64,000 nucleotides of DNA from positions 121,656-185,655 of the forward strand of contig MU008222.1 of the NCBI GenBank assembly GCA_010909165.1. Reading direction: 5' to 3'. The position numbers and the translations under genes are program-made. Under the pieces are notes generated by a model, which worked only from the letters and a program-made list of their open reading frames with translations, searched no databases and was not told the origin of the DNA. The DNA comes from Anthoceros angustus (Eukaryota > Plantae > Anthocerotophyta). The first letter of the stretch is position 1. Each line of letters begins with the position of its first letter. Of the stretch, positions 1 to 12,057 are shown one piece after another.

Positions 1-126
1 GGCGCGCATGCCGCGCCCCCTTCTTCCCGATGCAGGCGGGCGCCGGCATGCGCCTTCCTGTCTTGCATCCCTCGCCTCCTCGACCTCCATACCACCCAGT
101 GCTGGGGTGTCTCGGCCTTGGGATCC

Positions 127-1340
127 CTAAGGCTGCATGCGGCGTCCTCCATCTCCTCGTGCACTCACACCACCCAACGTGGGTGTTCCGGACTCTCGGT
201 GGTGGGGCTCTGCCTCACTTCTCTCGATATATGGGATAGTAAGGATATCCATTGACGCCCCGGGGAGGTCCAACCTGACCTCCCCACCACGACCTTCTCC
301 CCCATGCCCCGAAGCCTCATCATCGGAATGTCCCAAAACATCCGGGACTGGCCCATCTTCTTCATCCGATGGCCCAAACTCATTCTCCTCTTCGTCATCA
401 ACAAATGCCATTTCCCCTTGTGCAAACACACCAAGTCCTTGGCGCGTTATCCGATATGAAACCTCCCGCCTGTGAGTTTTGATGGAGGAGGTAATGGCTT
501 CCATAGTTTTACAGCTGCTCTTCCGGCTGAGCAGGACAAACCAGATCAGCAAGAAAAGCGGGCAAGGTGAAGCGTTCTCCATTTGAAACAACAAGCAATG
601 CTAAAAAAGGTTGTGTTGGGTGGCACTCACACACTCAGCAGCTTCTCGAAATTTCGGGACAAGGCTCGCGGCTCACATCATGGGCATTGAAGTTGGCACT
701 CAGTAAACACACTATAATCTTCATTGTTCGGAAGAGTGTTGAATTCATATGGCCTTCAGTGCATAGGATCTCGACTGGCTCCTTCCTCCATATCAATTGT
801 TGCCCACACCACCCACCCTGCTACTCGTGCCCTCTGATTCGGCAAGGCTCCCGCGTGTCCATACATCCACAACTTCAGCATTGGAGTCCAGATTTCGTTC
901 TGCATCAGGCTCCCCAGATTCAGTTAAAAACCACTCCTTGTCCAGCGCATTAGTTTCTTCTACCTGTTTGCTGTGGCGCCGGATCATGACAGATTCCTCG
1001 TATGTGTAAGGAGAAGGGAGTGGTTCTGGAGCTTTTGCCCTAGGTGGTTTGGCCAGCCCAGTTTTCTCCCCCCCTCCAGCAACAACCTTGTCCGCTTGCC
1101 TCGCCGACGATCCGCACTTTCACGAGACGGCTCCTCCCGAACCATGGTCGATTGCAGCTGGATTTGCCTCCAACAAATCCTCTAGTTGGCATGGACACCC
1201 GCGCTCCACCTTCTCACGGCAAAGTATCGCTCTTTCTTCTTTTGCGATGCTTGCGCGCTTTTCCAGTGCAGGGCCAACAAGGGCCCATCTTGCAGGTCCT
1301 TCTTGCGTCTCCCACTAGCCATGGCCACGATGATGTCTTC
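127..1340 (-). pseudogene. Spliced, frameshifted gene of unknown function, probable transposon accessory gene; possible Agenet/Tudor-like segment and acidic tail
   Basis: Minus-strand ORF pieces (1182-1373, 793-987, 127-594) join with frameshifts, with splice-like signals at ~1341 and ~630. Segment reads VVDVWTRG...GWW.ATID; acidic DDEEENEFGPSDEED. Confidence 0.35.
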
Positions 1341-2299
1341 TAACGAGAAAAGACATGGAGAAATCGAACGCAATCACAAATAGAAAGTGCAATCACAAAG
1401 CAAGAGATGACAACAACCTTTGCACGCGTCCCGTCCATTCCGATGCCTCGCGTGCACAACGTCTCCTCCAATGGTGATCCCGCTAAGGCGGCTTGCTCGA
1501 GCTCCGAGGTGTCGCCCAACCAATCGAAAACGGAGCAGGCAAAGGCGCGCGAAAGGTATGTTTTACGCTCACTCCGCACCAGGAGGAGGAGCGACTTGCC
1601 GCGTGGCACCCTAATTAGGTCCCGCATCATGGCATATCTAGTGGAAATGCACCAAATCCGCGTTATTGGTAACCTTCGATATTTTAAAATAGGAATAGCG
1701 GCTACTGCAAACCCTAGGTGTAATGAGATTATGATTGCGTTTGCATATCACAAAGGATGGTGTACGCCAATGAATATGTAGTTAAGGCACCGCCGCCCTT
1801 CTCAGTGCATGATTTCCTATGCGTGTCAAACGAGTGGCGTGGACAAAGCTAGACATGACCTTATAGTGGTTTGCTATCTTCAGCCATTCTATAGAACTAG
1901 TTTTTGTGTGCCCTCCTTGTGCTTTTCGAAGGGACCGGGGACAAAGATGCTCACTGCAACCCACAACACCGATGAAGCGGAGGTGTTTGCACTCTGTTTT
2001 GTGGACAGGCATCCTGGACGATCCTTACTTCCTTAAGTCTTGCTCACCAATTCCATTTGTGGCGGGGGATCGCGAGATCTGCAGGAAGCAGTGAGGTTTG
2101 AAGCCTCTCTACAATTCCTAAGGTCGATGGACATGAGAGCAAGAAGCGGACATGCAGGCGCGATGAACCCAATGAAGCAATGTCAACATGCCTCTGCCTT
2201 TGCCTTTGAGTGAGTGTTATTTTTGCGCATGTGTCTTGTAGTCTTGTGCTTGGGTGTCGTAATCTTCACGAAGGTGGGATCGGGTAGGACATTACTTTC

Positions 2300-2795
2300 T
2301 TAATCATAAGGCTTGCCGGTCGATCATCCATTTTCCTGTCTCGCAGGTCCGGGGTGGAAAGAGCGCATCGGCTGGCAGGATGCCCGGTATGTGCCAACTC
2401 AGAAACGTGAACCTCTATCGGGCATTGGAGAAAAGTCCAGAGGTCGACCGAGGAGGCCACAGAGGCTGGAAGCGAGAACTCACGCAGCAGGGCTTATTCA
2501 CCATTCATGAGTCGAGGATGAAGGGGGTGCTGCTTGCTCGGCGTGTTGACTCACTTGCAGGGAATCTTGGGAAGATGTGCGATTGATGTGAAGCCGGTGG
2601 TGATGGCGAAATTTCGGACTCTTAACTCATCACGGGAAATAAGCGGGTACAATGGATAACAATGAAGGAGAAGGATTTGGAACATGTACAAGACCAACGT
2701 ATCCACCCAAAACAGCTTGTGGCGGAGAACAATGGGTGTGCCCCTACAGGCTGAAGTATGTTGCAAAGCGGAGAAGCAGTGCGGTGTGTCGTAGC
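2300..2795 (+). pseudogene. Probable N-terminal part of the transposase gene, upstream of the Copia insertion
   Basis: Coding-like + strand pieces (ORF 2380-2586) run up to the Copia LTR fragment at ~2800; same strand as the transposase resuming at 24005. Confidence 0.3.
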
Positions 2796-3051
2796 CATTT
2801 GGTTTTCCTAATCGAGATGTAAACACAAGCGAGACTTTGCATAATCGACGCGTTTTAACATAGTGTATGTGCACAGCATCACGCATAGGCGCGCCATTGC
2901 ATGCGACCGAGTTTTTCAATCTGCGAACCACTTGTTTTGCAGCAATGAAATTTGTCCTTGGCCTTTGGCGGAAGGACACCAGTTCTTGTAAAGTTCTGGC
3001 CTTGGCGAGGAACAGAGAAGGCAAGGAGGCATAAATAGCCTCCGACCGCGA

Positions 3052-3620
3052 ACATGAGATCAAGTTGGTTGCTGAGGCTCCCACTTGATAGTCAGTTCCC
3101 AAAAGTCCACGAGAAATGAGACAAGCTGTAGGGACGGTATGGCTGCCTTTCCATTCGGACAAACATCTACAATCCAAGAATCCATGGTGGGTGCCACATA
3201 TATAGGCAAAACCCAGTTCTCGAGTGCCTCCTCGTTCTCGATGGTAGGCACTTTAGGTATATATTATAATCCTACTTTCCTTGGCCTTGAATAAATAATA
3301 ATGTTTATGAGTTCAACCATCTATTCGCCCTTTTCCTTGATTTGATTTTATGTGTTTTCAATATAGTCCATTTCATGCCTATATGCATGCCACGCCTTAC
3401 ATACATAACCATGTACATAGATTGCATGTGTCATGACACATCATCCGTAACATGTCCACATACATCACATGTCATCCATCGTCATGCATACATACCATGT
3501 GCATGCCATCCATGGGATGCACATGCCATCACATGCACATCTCCAAATCAAGTGGCTTATGCCAAATGGGATGCCAATCGATCCATGTCAATCGTTTCAT
3601 CGGTTTGTCTTCCCGGCAGC
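3052..3620 (-). repeat. Gypsy 3' LTR (homologous part)
   Basis: Aligns with 11488-12057 (tgagatcaagttggttgctgaggctcccacttgatag...caaatcaagtggctt); exact ends unclear because of noise. Confidence 0.75.
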
Positions 3621-5374
3621 AATTGTCAGCGCAATAGCCCATGCGCATCGACCCTTTTCAACTGCGGACCACTTTGGCGGAAACAAAATTCTTCCTTGGC
3701 CTTTGGCCAAAGAAGAAAGTTCTGGCCTTAGCCGAACAAGGCAAGGAGGCATAAATAGCCTCGACATGGCGACCCCCGAAAATACGGGGTGAAAACCCAC
3801 AGCTTTTCCACAAATTATCGATACAATCCGGTGAAAACAACTTACAGGCCAAACCATCCTTTGCGGGTGTGAGGTTAGGTGGATGCATCACTCTCCAAGT
3901 CCTCATCATCCGATTCCTCAACGAGTTCGGGCTTGATCTCCTCGCTTGACTCCAAGTGCGACAACACACAAAAATAGGACTCTGTCTGCGGCATCCTCCT
4001 GCTGGATAATCAAAAGCGAGGTTTGGGGCAATGAATTGTCATGTGGTCGCAAGCTTGCGGCGAAATGCCTTCTGTCTGTTGAATCCCATGTTGTTTGCTC
4101 AATGTAATCTTTTCGGTTTATACGTGACGATAAATTGCCAGGCCATCCAACAAGCGGTGTGGCTTTGTCTTGAGGTGATGGAAGAATAGTAGCCGATCTT
4201 TCAAATAGACTAACCTTTACGGCACCTGTCTTCCCACATGATCGCTCCTTGGGCAACCTCAAGCCATCAAACATTTGATGCATGAAAGTGGTGTTGATTT
4301 GCGCGGGCTCCTTCACGATGGGCTGTCCATGTCAAGACATGGCACGGAGTCCTCTCATGCAACTCAAACAAATCACGGTGATGCAGGGTAAAACTCCACT
4401 CGACACGCTCATGGTGCGTCTCCACATAGAACTCGAGCTCCTTAAAACTCCTTTGGAGAATTCCCTCTCGTCGCCCGCTGTGACAAATCCCATTGCTTGC
4501 CCTCGTTGTTGATCGGAGGCAGCGTCTTTGGAAGGTCTTTGCAGTTGCTTGCACACCTTTGGTGGCACTACCTCAAGGACAGCAACTCTCGGACGACTGT
4601 GCCTGATGTTGCTCATGGTCTTGTGTCTGTAGGAGCAAACCGTCCTCTGCTCCCGAGCCCCTTGTCCTAGCAGGCACCTGCTCCTTCTCACGTTGTGGCG
4701 TTGCATCACGAACTGTGGTGCTCCTGGTACGCCTGGGTTCTGAGGTATCTTCCCTGGTCCTCGCTTGCTGTGCTTCTCGCCGTCCACGCTCGAAGCTGCG
4801 TTGGTGAGCCTCCATCTCCTCTTCAGCTGGCCGTTGCTTTCGTGGCCTCCCTCTCTTGCGCTTGGGTGCTTCAGACCCAAACACCACTGCACCTTCTTGC
4901 TAATTGGTGCTGGGGCTTGTGTGTCTGCCTCCGCTTCGCATATGGTTCGTAACTCGATCCATCCAACAACCAACTTTGCATGCAAGCGAGCACTTGCTCT
5001 GTGATTGTCGAGCCCCGGTGAGAAGACTCCTCCAGTGCGGCAAGGAATTTGGCGTCGTGCTCTCTTCCACACTGCTTGGTGGCGTCACTAAATTCTCGGA
5101 GGAGGCGGACAAGCTGCCGGCGGTGAGTGATTCTGAGAAGAGCACTCTTGAGAATAGCACCCTCATGAGCTGCCTTGTTGGCGCTAGCCTTGGCAACAAG
5201 AATTCCATTGTCAAGATATCGCTCATTGAACTTTCCTCTTTTGCAACTACTCATCATTCTGCTCTCGTCCTCTTGTACCCATTCCAACACGAGTTGTGCT
5301 GGAGTGTTACTCTCCAACTCTGTTCGGTCTGAGCGTACTTCTTCTTCATTCTCTCGGTAGATAGAGCCATGGCG

Positions 5375-8300
5375 CATGCAAACTTGTTGAATCACATGTT
5401 CACGGATTCCTTGGAATATCCTTTAATGCGGTGTGAGACAGAAAATATGATAGCCTCTTGCACTGTCACATAAGAGCATAAGCTCTTCATCCAAGTGTGC
5501 CCGCATGCCTCACAAGCGTCCCATGGTACCATGTTTGAGGAACAATTCTTGCATCATCAAGATTTGGCAAGTGACATGGAGCTAAATGTTTCATATGCTC
5601 CTTGCATACGCCATCCGTCCTTGAGTTCCACTACTCCTTGCTCACCCACATTTACCACCACGAGAATCAACCTTTCTTGACATCTAATGTGCTTTGGTCC
5701 GTTGTGTGGTACACATAATCTCTGAGTGCGAATTTCACGGCCTTGGGCTTCCATGAGCCCCGCGTGTGAGCATATCTCAAGCTGGTCTCGTGCAATCGCA
5801 AGATTCCATAGCCATGGGCGAGAATCCTTGAACATTTACTCTAGCTTGCACTTCTTTGTAAGCACACCTCCATATTCCTACTCGGTCTAGAATATTTGTC
5901 TTTCATTGGGCAAAGCGCATTCCTTCAAACAATGAAACTTCCCAATCTTGCTGCACTCACTCTATAACCCAACACAATATAGGAAGTAATTCATCCACTT
6001 GGGTTCCACGGTGATGCGATGCTTCGAGGCGTCCTTGAATATGCGAACCAACCTCTCAAACCATCGGAGGATGATCCCTAGGCGTTCTCCTGATCAATCG
6101 ACTTCATCCGACAGCGTCCGGAATTCTCCTCTGAATTCATTGCCTTGATCGGTGAGCACCTCCTCGCACCCAATCTCTCACTGAAGGCTCTGCTGGTGTA
6201 ATATGAGGTTCTTTCGATGCTACCTCCACCCACTTGGAGAAGTGCTCAATCATCATCACCATGTGATTTCCTTGCTTTGTCAATGGTAGTTCCGGCATCA
6301 AGTCCGACCACCAAAAACAAACCCGGATTGGTAAAGAGTGTAACACAACATCTTGTGTGTTAAACAGCCTTCTTTGCATCTGCTTGACTAGCCACCACTC
6401 TTTCCACATGCATACATGCGGACCAAATATGTGGTCTTGACATGTGGTGTGTCCTTTTACACACCAAAGTGACCTAGTGTTTCATGCACTTTAATCACAA
6501 GTCTTTCTTGAGGACTTGGCAACCTCTCCTTCTCTCCATCACCATGAGTAGCCGCCTCGTCAATTTGCGGCGCTTTACTGACATTAGTCTGATACCTTCT
6601 TTGAGTACCAGCGGCAGTGAATGCCTCGGATGTCACGGACTAGATCGGCTCTCCTCCTGTTCACCTTGATCGCCATGAGTGCCATGGCTGCATGTTTCCA
6701 TTGTCGCTCCAGCATCGCATTGACATTTGTGGATTCCTACTCAAACCATGCATTGTGGTGCACCTTGCACCTGTACAATCATGTCATATTCGGGCGGCCA
6801 ATGCCCACGGTTCCGCTCAACTTCATGTTGGTCATGAGCCAATGAAGTGGTTGATGATCCGTCCTGGAAACGCCTTCCAAGCGGATAAATTAAATGCAAC
6901 ACGCCCACTGCTGAAGACACTCTCCTTCATATGAGGTAGTTTACCTCTGATTGTTGGATCGCTTGCATAAGCCACAACTCGCTCCATTCCTTGCGTCGAT
7001 GCAGCGATCTTGCTCCTATATACTGCTCAATCCGTGCTCTGAGAACAAAGCGGCTTCTCAAAGTGGTCTAACGGCATGGGCTTCTCGACCAATTGATCCC
7101 TTAGATCTTGCCGGCTAGCTCTGTTCTTGATCCCATTTCCAAGTTACCTCCTTCTTGACGATCTCATAAGGGTTTGCATGTGGGCGGGGTCTTTCATAAA
7201 CCTCGTAGTTCACCAACCCGAAACTCCTGCCACATCCTTGGGCATGCATCACGGCTGCACCTTAGCCAAGCTGACATGATTCCTCATGTCATGTCAAGAT
7301 ACTCAATCCGCTTGAATGCAAATTTGCACTTTTGGATGAGCTTTCAAGCTGATTTGGACAATCTTTGCGTAGAGTCTCGGATGATCCATATGTTCCTCGA
7401 TGGTGTCAGAAAACTAGGATGTCGTCAATGTAACAACGCACAAGCGGCGGATCCACTCCAAGTCGCAATTCTGGAAATATATGGAAGCAGGGAAATAGTC
7501 TCCATTCCCAAAGCTGATCCTTTCCCCGCCGTTTTGCTCTTGTCTTGCTCCTCAATCACAATGTTGAAACACGGAAATCCAAAGTGGTAAAGTACTTTAC
7601 CAATTGCATCAAAAATCTCATCTGGAGTAGGCATGGGATCCACTCGTTGGTCGATAGTCCCACACATTCGCCTATCTTTTCGCCATTTTCGTCCTTCTTG
7701 GAGGGCGATTGCGTGACATATCGAGCTTGATTTCGAATCAATCCACCTTCAAAGCTCGACAACGCTTGTCCACAATTTCCCACTTTCTGACTCAACCTAT
7801 GCCTTCTTAGAAGATAGGCTCAGTGGTAACAATCTTGAACTTGATCTTTTCGTACCTTCCTAGCTCATTCTGAGCATAAAAAGCACCTTTGTTTTTCTCG
7901 AGCATGTCGATGATCTTTTGTTTGTCCTCTGGTGACATCTTCATCAATCTTCCGCGTGAACCTCCTTGGTGACACTCTTGGTTACAAACTGTTTCCACAG
8001 ACCATGCAAACATGTCTTGGGTTCCTTCCCATCTCGCCCGGCTTTCCATCTTCACTAGGTGATGGTTCTCTTTCCTTCACCTCCGCCTTGCCATGATTCT
8101 CACTAACCACCTTAATGTATAGATCGATGCTGTCCCGGCAACTTGTGTTTGGACGCCTCACTCACACCCATGGTGCTGCTTCTTGGCAAACCCATGGCTT
8201 GTTCGTTCCATTGAGCTAGCTCTCTAGCTCCTCTCCCTTTGAGTCGGGATCATGCCATCTCCTCCTCGTGGGATTGTGGCGTGCTTACCAAAGTCGGCCA

Positions 8301-11121
8301 CGCCCTCCTTCACCAACTCTTCCTTTGGATAAAGCGGAAGTTTGTCCATCTTCTTACTTTGCGGTACCTTTACGGTTCCATGATTTCACTATGGTCTTCC
8401 GTGATGGAACCATGAGTGTTCTATGTTGCCTCGGTCTCAAGTCTCAAGTCCACGTTGGTCAATAAGCTGCGAATCACTGCGTAAGAGCCACCGCGACATC
8501 AATAACTCATTCTTGCGAACCATGATCGGACCTCCTCATACATCGTTCGGACGGGCTTGTCCACACACGTTTTCCGGTATGTACCGGCATCGGGATTCAC
8601 AAGTTGAACCTCCACGACAACCCATGACCTTCGCCTCTTCCCTTTGAGAAGGTCTTACACTCCCATCTGCGATGATCATATCCTTTGGGCGGCGAGCTTG
8701 CGTTTTCCTTCAAGCGGATCTGGGCGGCTGCTCGACAACCTCTCTGCGTCTTCTCTTAGCGAGAGATGGAAATAATTTTACAACGAGAATTCGACTTCTG
8801 GCCACGACTCTAGCCTTCTCATCCTTTTCCACACAGGTGTAGCTGCAAACCTTGATACCACATTGAAGCACCGCCTCTCATTCTTGATTCACGAGCACAA
8901 TTCCAACAGGTGAATTCCTTCAGAACTTGCTCTCCATCGCACTACCGAATCATTGATTCGCCTTCCCTCCATCTTGGCGGGCTTCATGTTTGATATGGAT
9001 CTCTCTGGACATGTGTCGTGAGATTCCACGATTCTCCTTTCGGTGATTTTCTCGAACCCTTGCCTCCTCAAGGTGCTCGGGAGCGCATCTTCACTCCCCT
9101 CTGCGGGTTTGGTGCTTCGAGAGGACAATTCCTCTGTCTCCTCCCACATCTCGTGCTCAATTTGAGCTTGGAAGCCATCCTGTCGACCATCTCGCCGTGG
9201 CCTGGCGTCCTTACTTCCGACCACACTTTTGCTCATGTTCAAGGAATAGTTGCAATTGAAATCCCTTGCTTCCAGTGATAGAAGGCTTCTTCATACGATG
9301 GATCAACTCCCATGGCGGGGCCATGTGTAGCATCCTCCTCCAACACATCGTGGGGCGTGGCACAGTCACCGACCTCCATTGTGGTCGCATCCTCTGCGGC
9401 TTCAACTCGATCTTGATCGGTTTCGGTCATCCCATCACCATTTCCTTCGTTCCTGTAGTGATGCTTCGCTTGGTACCCGACTTGCTGCCATACTTGAGAG
9501 CGGCTGCAGAGCTCCCAACAATCTTGGATGCTGCTCCGGTGTCCACACATTGGCGGGTGCAAATCAAAGGTAATTTCCGGTTTACATTGTCAATCATGGC
9601 AACACCTCCTTTACCTCGACGTTCGGGCTTTAGATGGTCTCCTCGAGGCACATCAAGCTGTTGGACTTCTCGGTTCTATCTCTTTCTGATCCATTCCTCA
9701 TGATCTTCTTGAAATGTGAACTCTTGAGTCAAGTTCCGACAAATTGACCACAGGAACCTCCATGGCCTTCTCCAGCTTCTACATCCACCTCGGGTTAGAA
9801 GCCCACTGCTGTAGTACCATCATCAACTTGCCTAAAACTTTCGGGCATTTTGCTTTGCTCTCGTTGACGTGTCCTTGGCGGTAACCCCTTCTCCAGGGTC
9901 AAGTGCGGTCTTCTTCTTCTTCTTTAATCGCCGCCATGCCATACACTTCTTCATCCGAGTCGGAGAAAGAATGCGTGACTCGACTGCTGGCCATGTTAGC
10001 CATCATGCATCTCTTCAACTTGCGCAAGAAGAGCCTTGCGACTAGGGCCTTTGCCCTTCTCCTTTTCACGCCCATTACTTGGGCTTGAGCTGGATGAGCC
10101 TCCCAACATGCGGCTTCTATGTGGCCCCATCGACCACAAGCCTTGCAAACCTCCTTGCCCTTGGGCCTCCAGTCTGAAGTCACATTCAAATGACTTGTGT
10201 GCACCACGGCACCTACCATTTGATGGCGACTGCGTTGTTATTTGGTCTCTCTCTCCGGTGGTTTGTTTGGGTGAGGCTCAATCATCTTGACCCTTATCTT
10301 TGGAATCTGGATCCTCCTTGTCGAGCCGTAGAAGTGCTGCCCGATCAAATTGTGATCCTCCGGTATGCTTGGTGACATCCCCTTTAGCACCTTCTCCGCA
10401 ATCTTGTAGGCGTCGGTCAAACCATACTTTTCTCCATGAGCACCATGAAGAGCATCCATTACCTTCCTTGTTGTGGTGGCATCGCGCCATGAAAATTTCA
10501 GCAGCCTCCGCATGGTCTTCACATCCGTGTCCTCCACCAAGATCTTGATCGATGTATGGCGCCCTCGGCGTCTCATTGGACTTGAAGCTAAAACGAGTCG
10601 ACTCAGATCTTCTCCAAGGACGATGTTGGAAACATGTCCTTCAATCTTTCAAACATGAGATCAACCAAATGCTCTAGCTCGTCTTCCTTGGAGCGGAGTG
10701 AGTGGCTTGGCGGCAACTCCTGCACGTTCTGCGTTCGTCTCCGCCGATGCCAAGATGTCCTTCTTCTCGCTCTCGTAGTACATCAACGCCTCACCGCGGA
10801 TATTCGACATCTTCATGAGTGCCATTCTCGGGTGGCCTTCCTTGTACTTCATCTTGTTTTACGCCATTCCCAGTGAACTTCTCCTCAAAATCCGCCCATG
10901 ATACTCCCATGTTTTCCGGTGAAAACATCATTCTTCTTCGTACTCTCCAGTTCCATTTGAATCGGCTCTTCGCTCCAGTCTCCAAACTGAGATCTCGTGA
11001 TGGGCGTGTTGTCTCTGTCTTGGTCAGGCGTCCTTTTGAAAGGTGATCCGTGGATCTTTTGTCCCTTTCTAGGCGATGGCGGGCGGTGTCCCTCGTTACT
11101 CGGCGACCTCAAAAATACCAT
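5375..11121 (-). pseudogene. Gypsy gag-pol (gag-ZnK-PR-RT-RH-IN-PHD), heavily frameshifted
   Basis: Domain motifs as listed for the element; PHD-like CEAC...MLLCD.C.RGYHIFCLTP.LKDIP..P(W)TC..C at ~5520-5375. Confidence 0.8.
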
Positions 11122-11487
11122 CGATCAATCCGCCTATGCTTGACAATCGAGGAATGTTGTCAAGCGGCAATCCTCGCCTAAGCGCCCAACTAGCTAAGAA
11201 AAGCAGTGTCTACGGTTTCTATCCGAGAGCTCCCACATGCGGGACTCTCGTGAGCCTAGCCAACTCGCAATGGTCGATTCGGACTACAACAGTGCGTGAA
11301 ATCGATGGTAGAATTCCTATCCATCAAGTCATTCACTCTGGTGGAGCCTCCGTTCTTGGCGCTCCGCCATGGTAGTCGCTCCGGCTGGAAGATGATCGAT
11401 TTCCGCCTCCTCCGGTCTCAGTCGCACAATGTCCTCCAATGCGGGCCGTCTCGTTCTCCAAGCAACAGCAGAGGGATTGTAGATGTG

Positions 11488-12057
11488 GTGAGATCAAGTT
11501 GGTTGCTGAGGCTCCCACTTGATAGTGGTTCCCAAAAGTCACAAGAGAGAAATGAGACAAGTGAGGGACAGTATGCTCCATTCGACAAACATCTACAATC
11601 CAAGAATCCATGGTGGGTGCCCACATATATAGGCAAAACCCCGGGAACTCGATGAAGTGCCTCCTCGCTCGATGGTAGGCACTTTAGGATATTATAATCC
11701 TACTTTCCTTGGCCTTGAATAAATAATAATGTTTATGAGTTCAACCATCTATTCGCCTTTTCCTTGATTTACGATTTTATGTATTTTCTAATATAGATCC
11801 ATGCCTATATATGCATCATGCCGTGCCTTACATACATAATCATGTACATAGATTACATGTCATGACACATCATCAACATGTCCACATACATCACATGTCA
11901 TCCATCCGTCATGCATACATACCATGTGCATGCCATCCATGGCAATGCACATGCCACATCTCATGCACATCGCATCCAAATCAAGTGGCTTGTGCCAAGT
12001 GGGATGTGATCACCAATGTCAATGTCTCATCCGAGTCCTAAGTTTATCCGGTCAGCA
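11488..12057 (-). repeat. Gypsy 5' LTR (homologous part; may extend left to ~11240); partial third copy at ~13462-13767
   Basis: Direct repeat of 3052-3620. Confidence 0.75.

Larger units (their letters stand above)
3052..12057 (-). mobile_element. Ty3/Gypsy LTR retrotransposon with PHD finger after integrase
   Basis: Direct repeats ~3052-3620 and ~11488-12057. Minus-strand gag with CCHC knuckle (CKACGRWGHIEAAC, ~10105-10146), protease (VDTGA ~9540), RT (PTPDEIFDAIG..FTTLDFR ~7600), RNase H (ERVVAYAS ~6975), integrase (LGHFG, EHFSKWVE, EVLTDQGNEF ~6140-6480): Gypsy domain order. Confidence 0.88.

Noticed and set aside
3380-3560. His/Cys/Met-rich ORFs (3342-3792, 11811-12238, 13529-13792)
   Set aside because: Translations of the catg/cat-rich low-complexity Gypsy LTR.
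4282-4512. + strand GCPCQD resembling the C5 DNA-methyltransferase catalytic motif (some retrotransposons carry DNMTs)
   Set aside because: No FxGxG upstream or ENV/RxR downstream, and the opposite strand is the more plausible coding frame.
8400-8900. Possible second aspartic protease in the Gypsy (IADGSVRP)
   Set aside because: No D(T/S)G catalytic motif recoverable; sequence too noisy.
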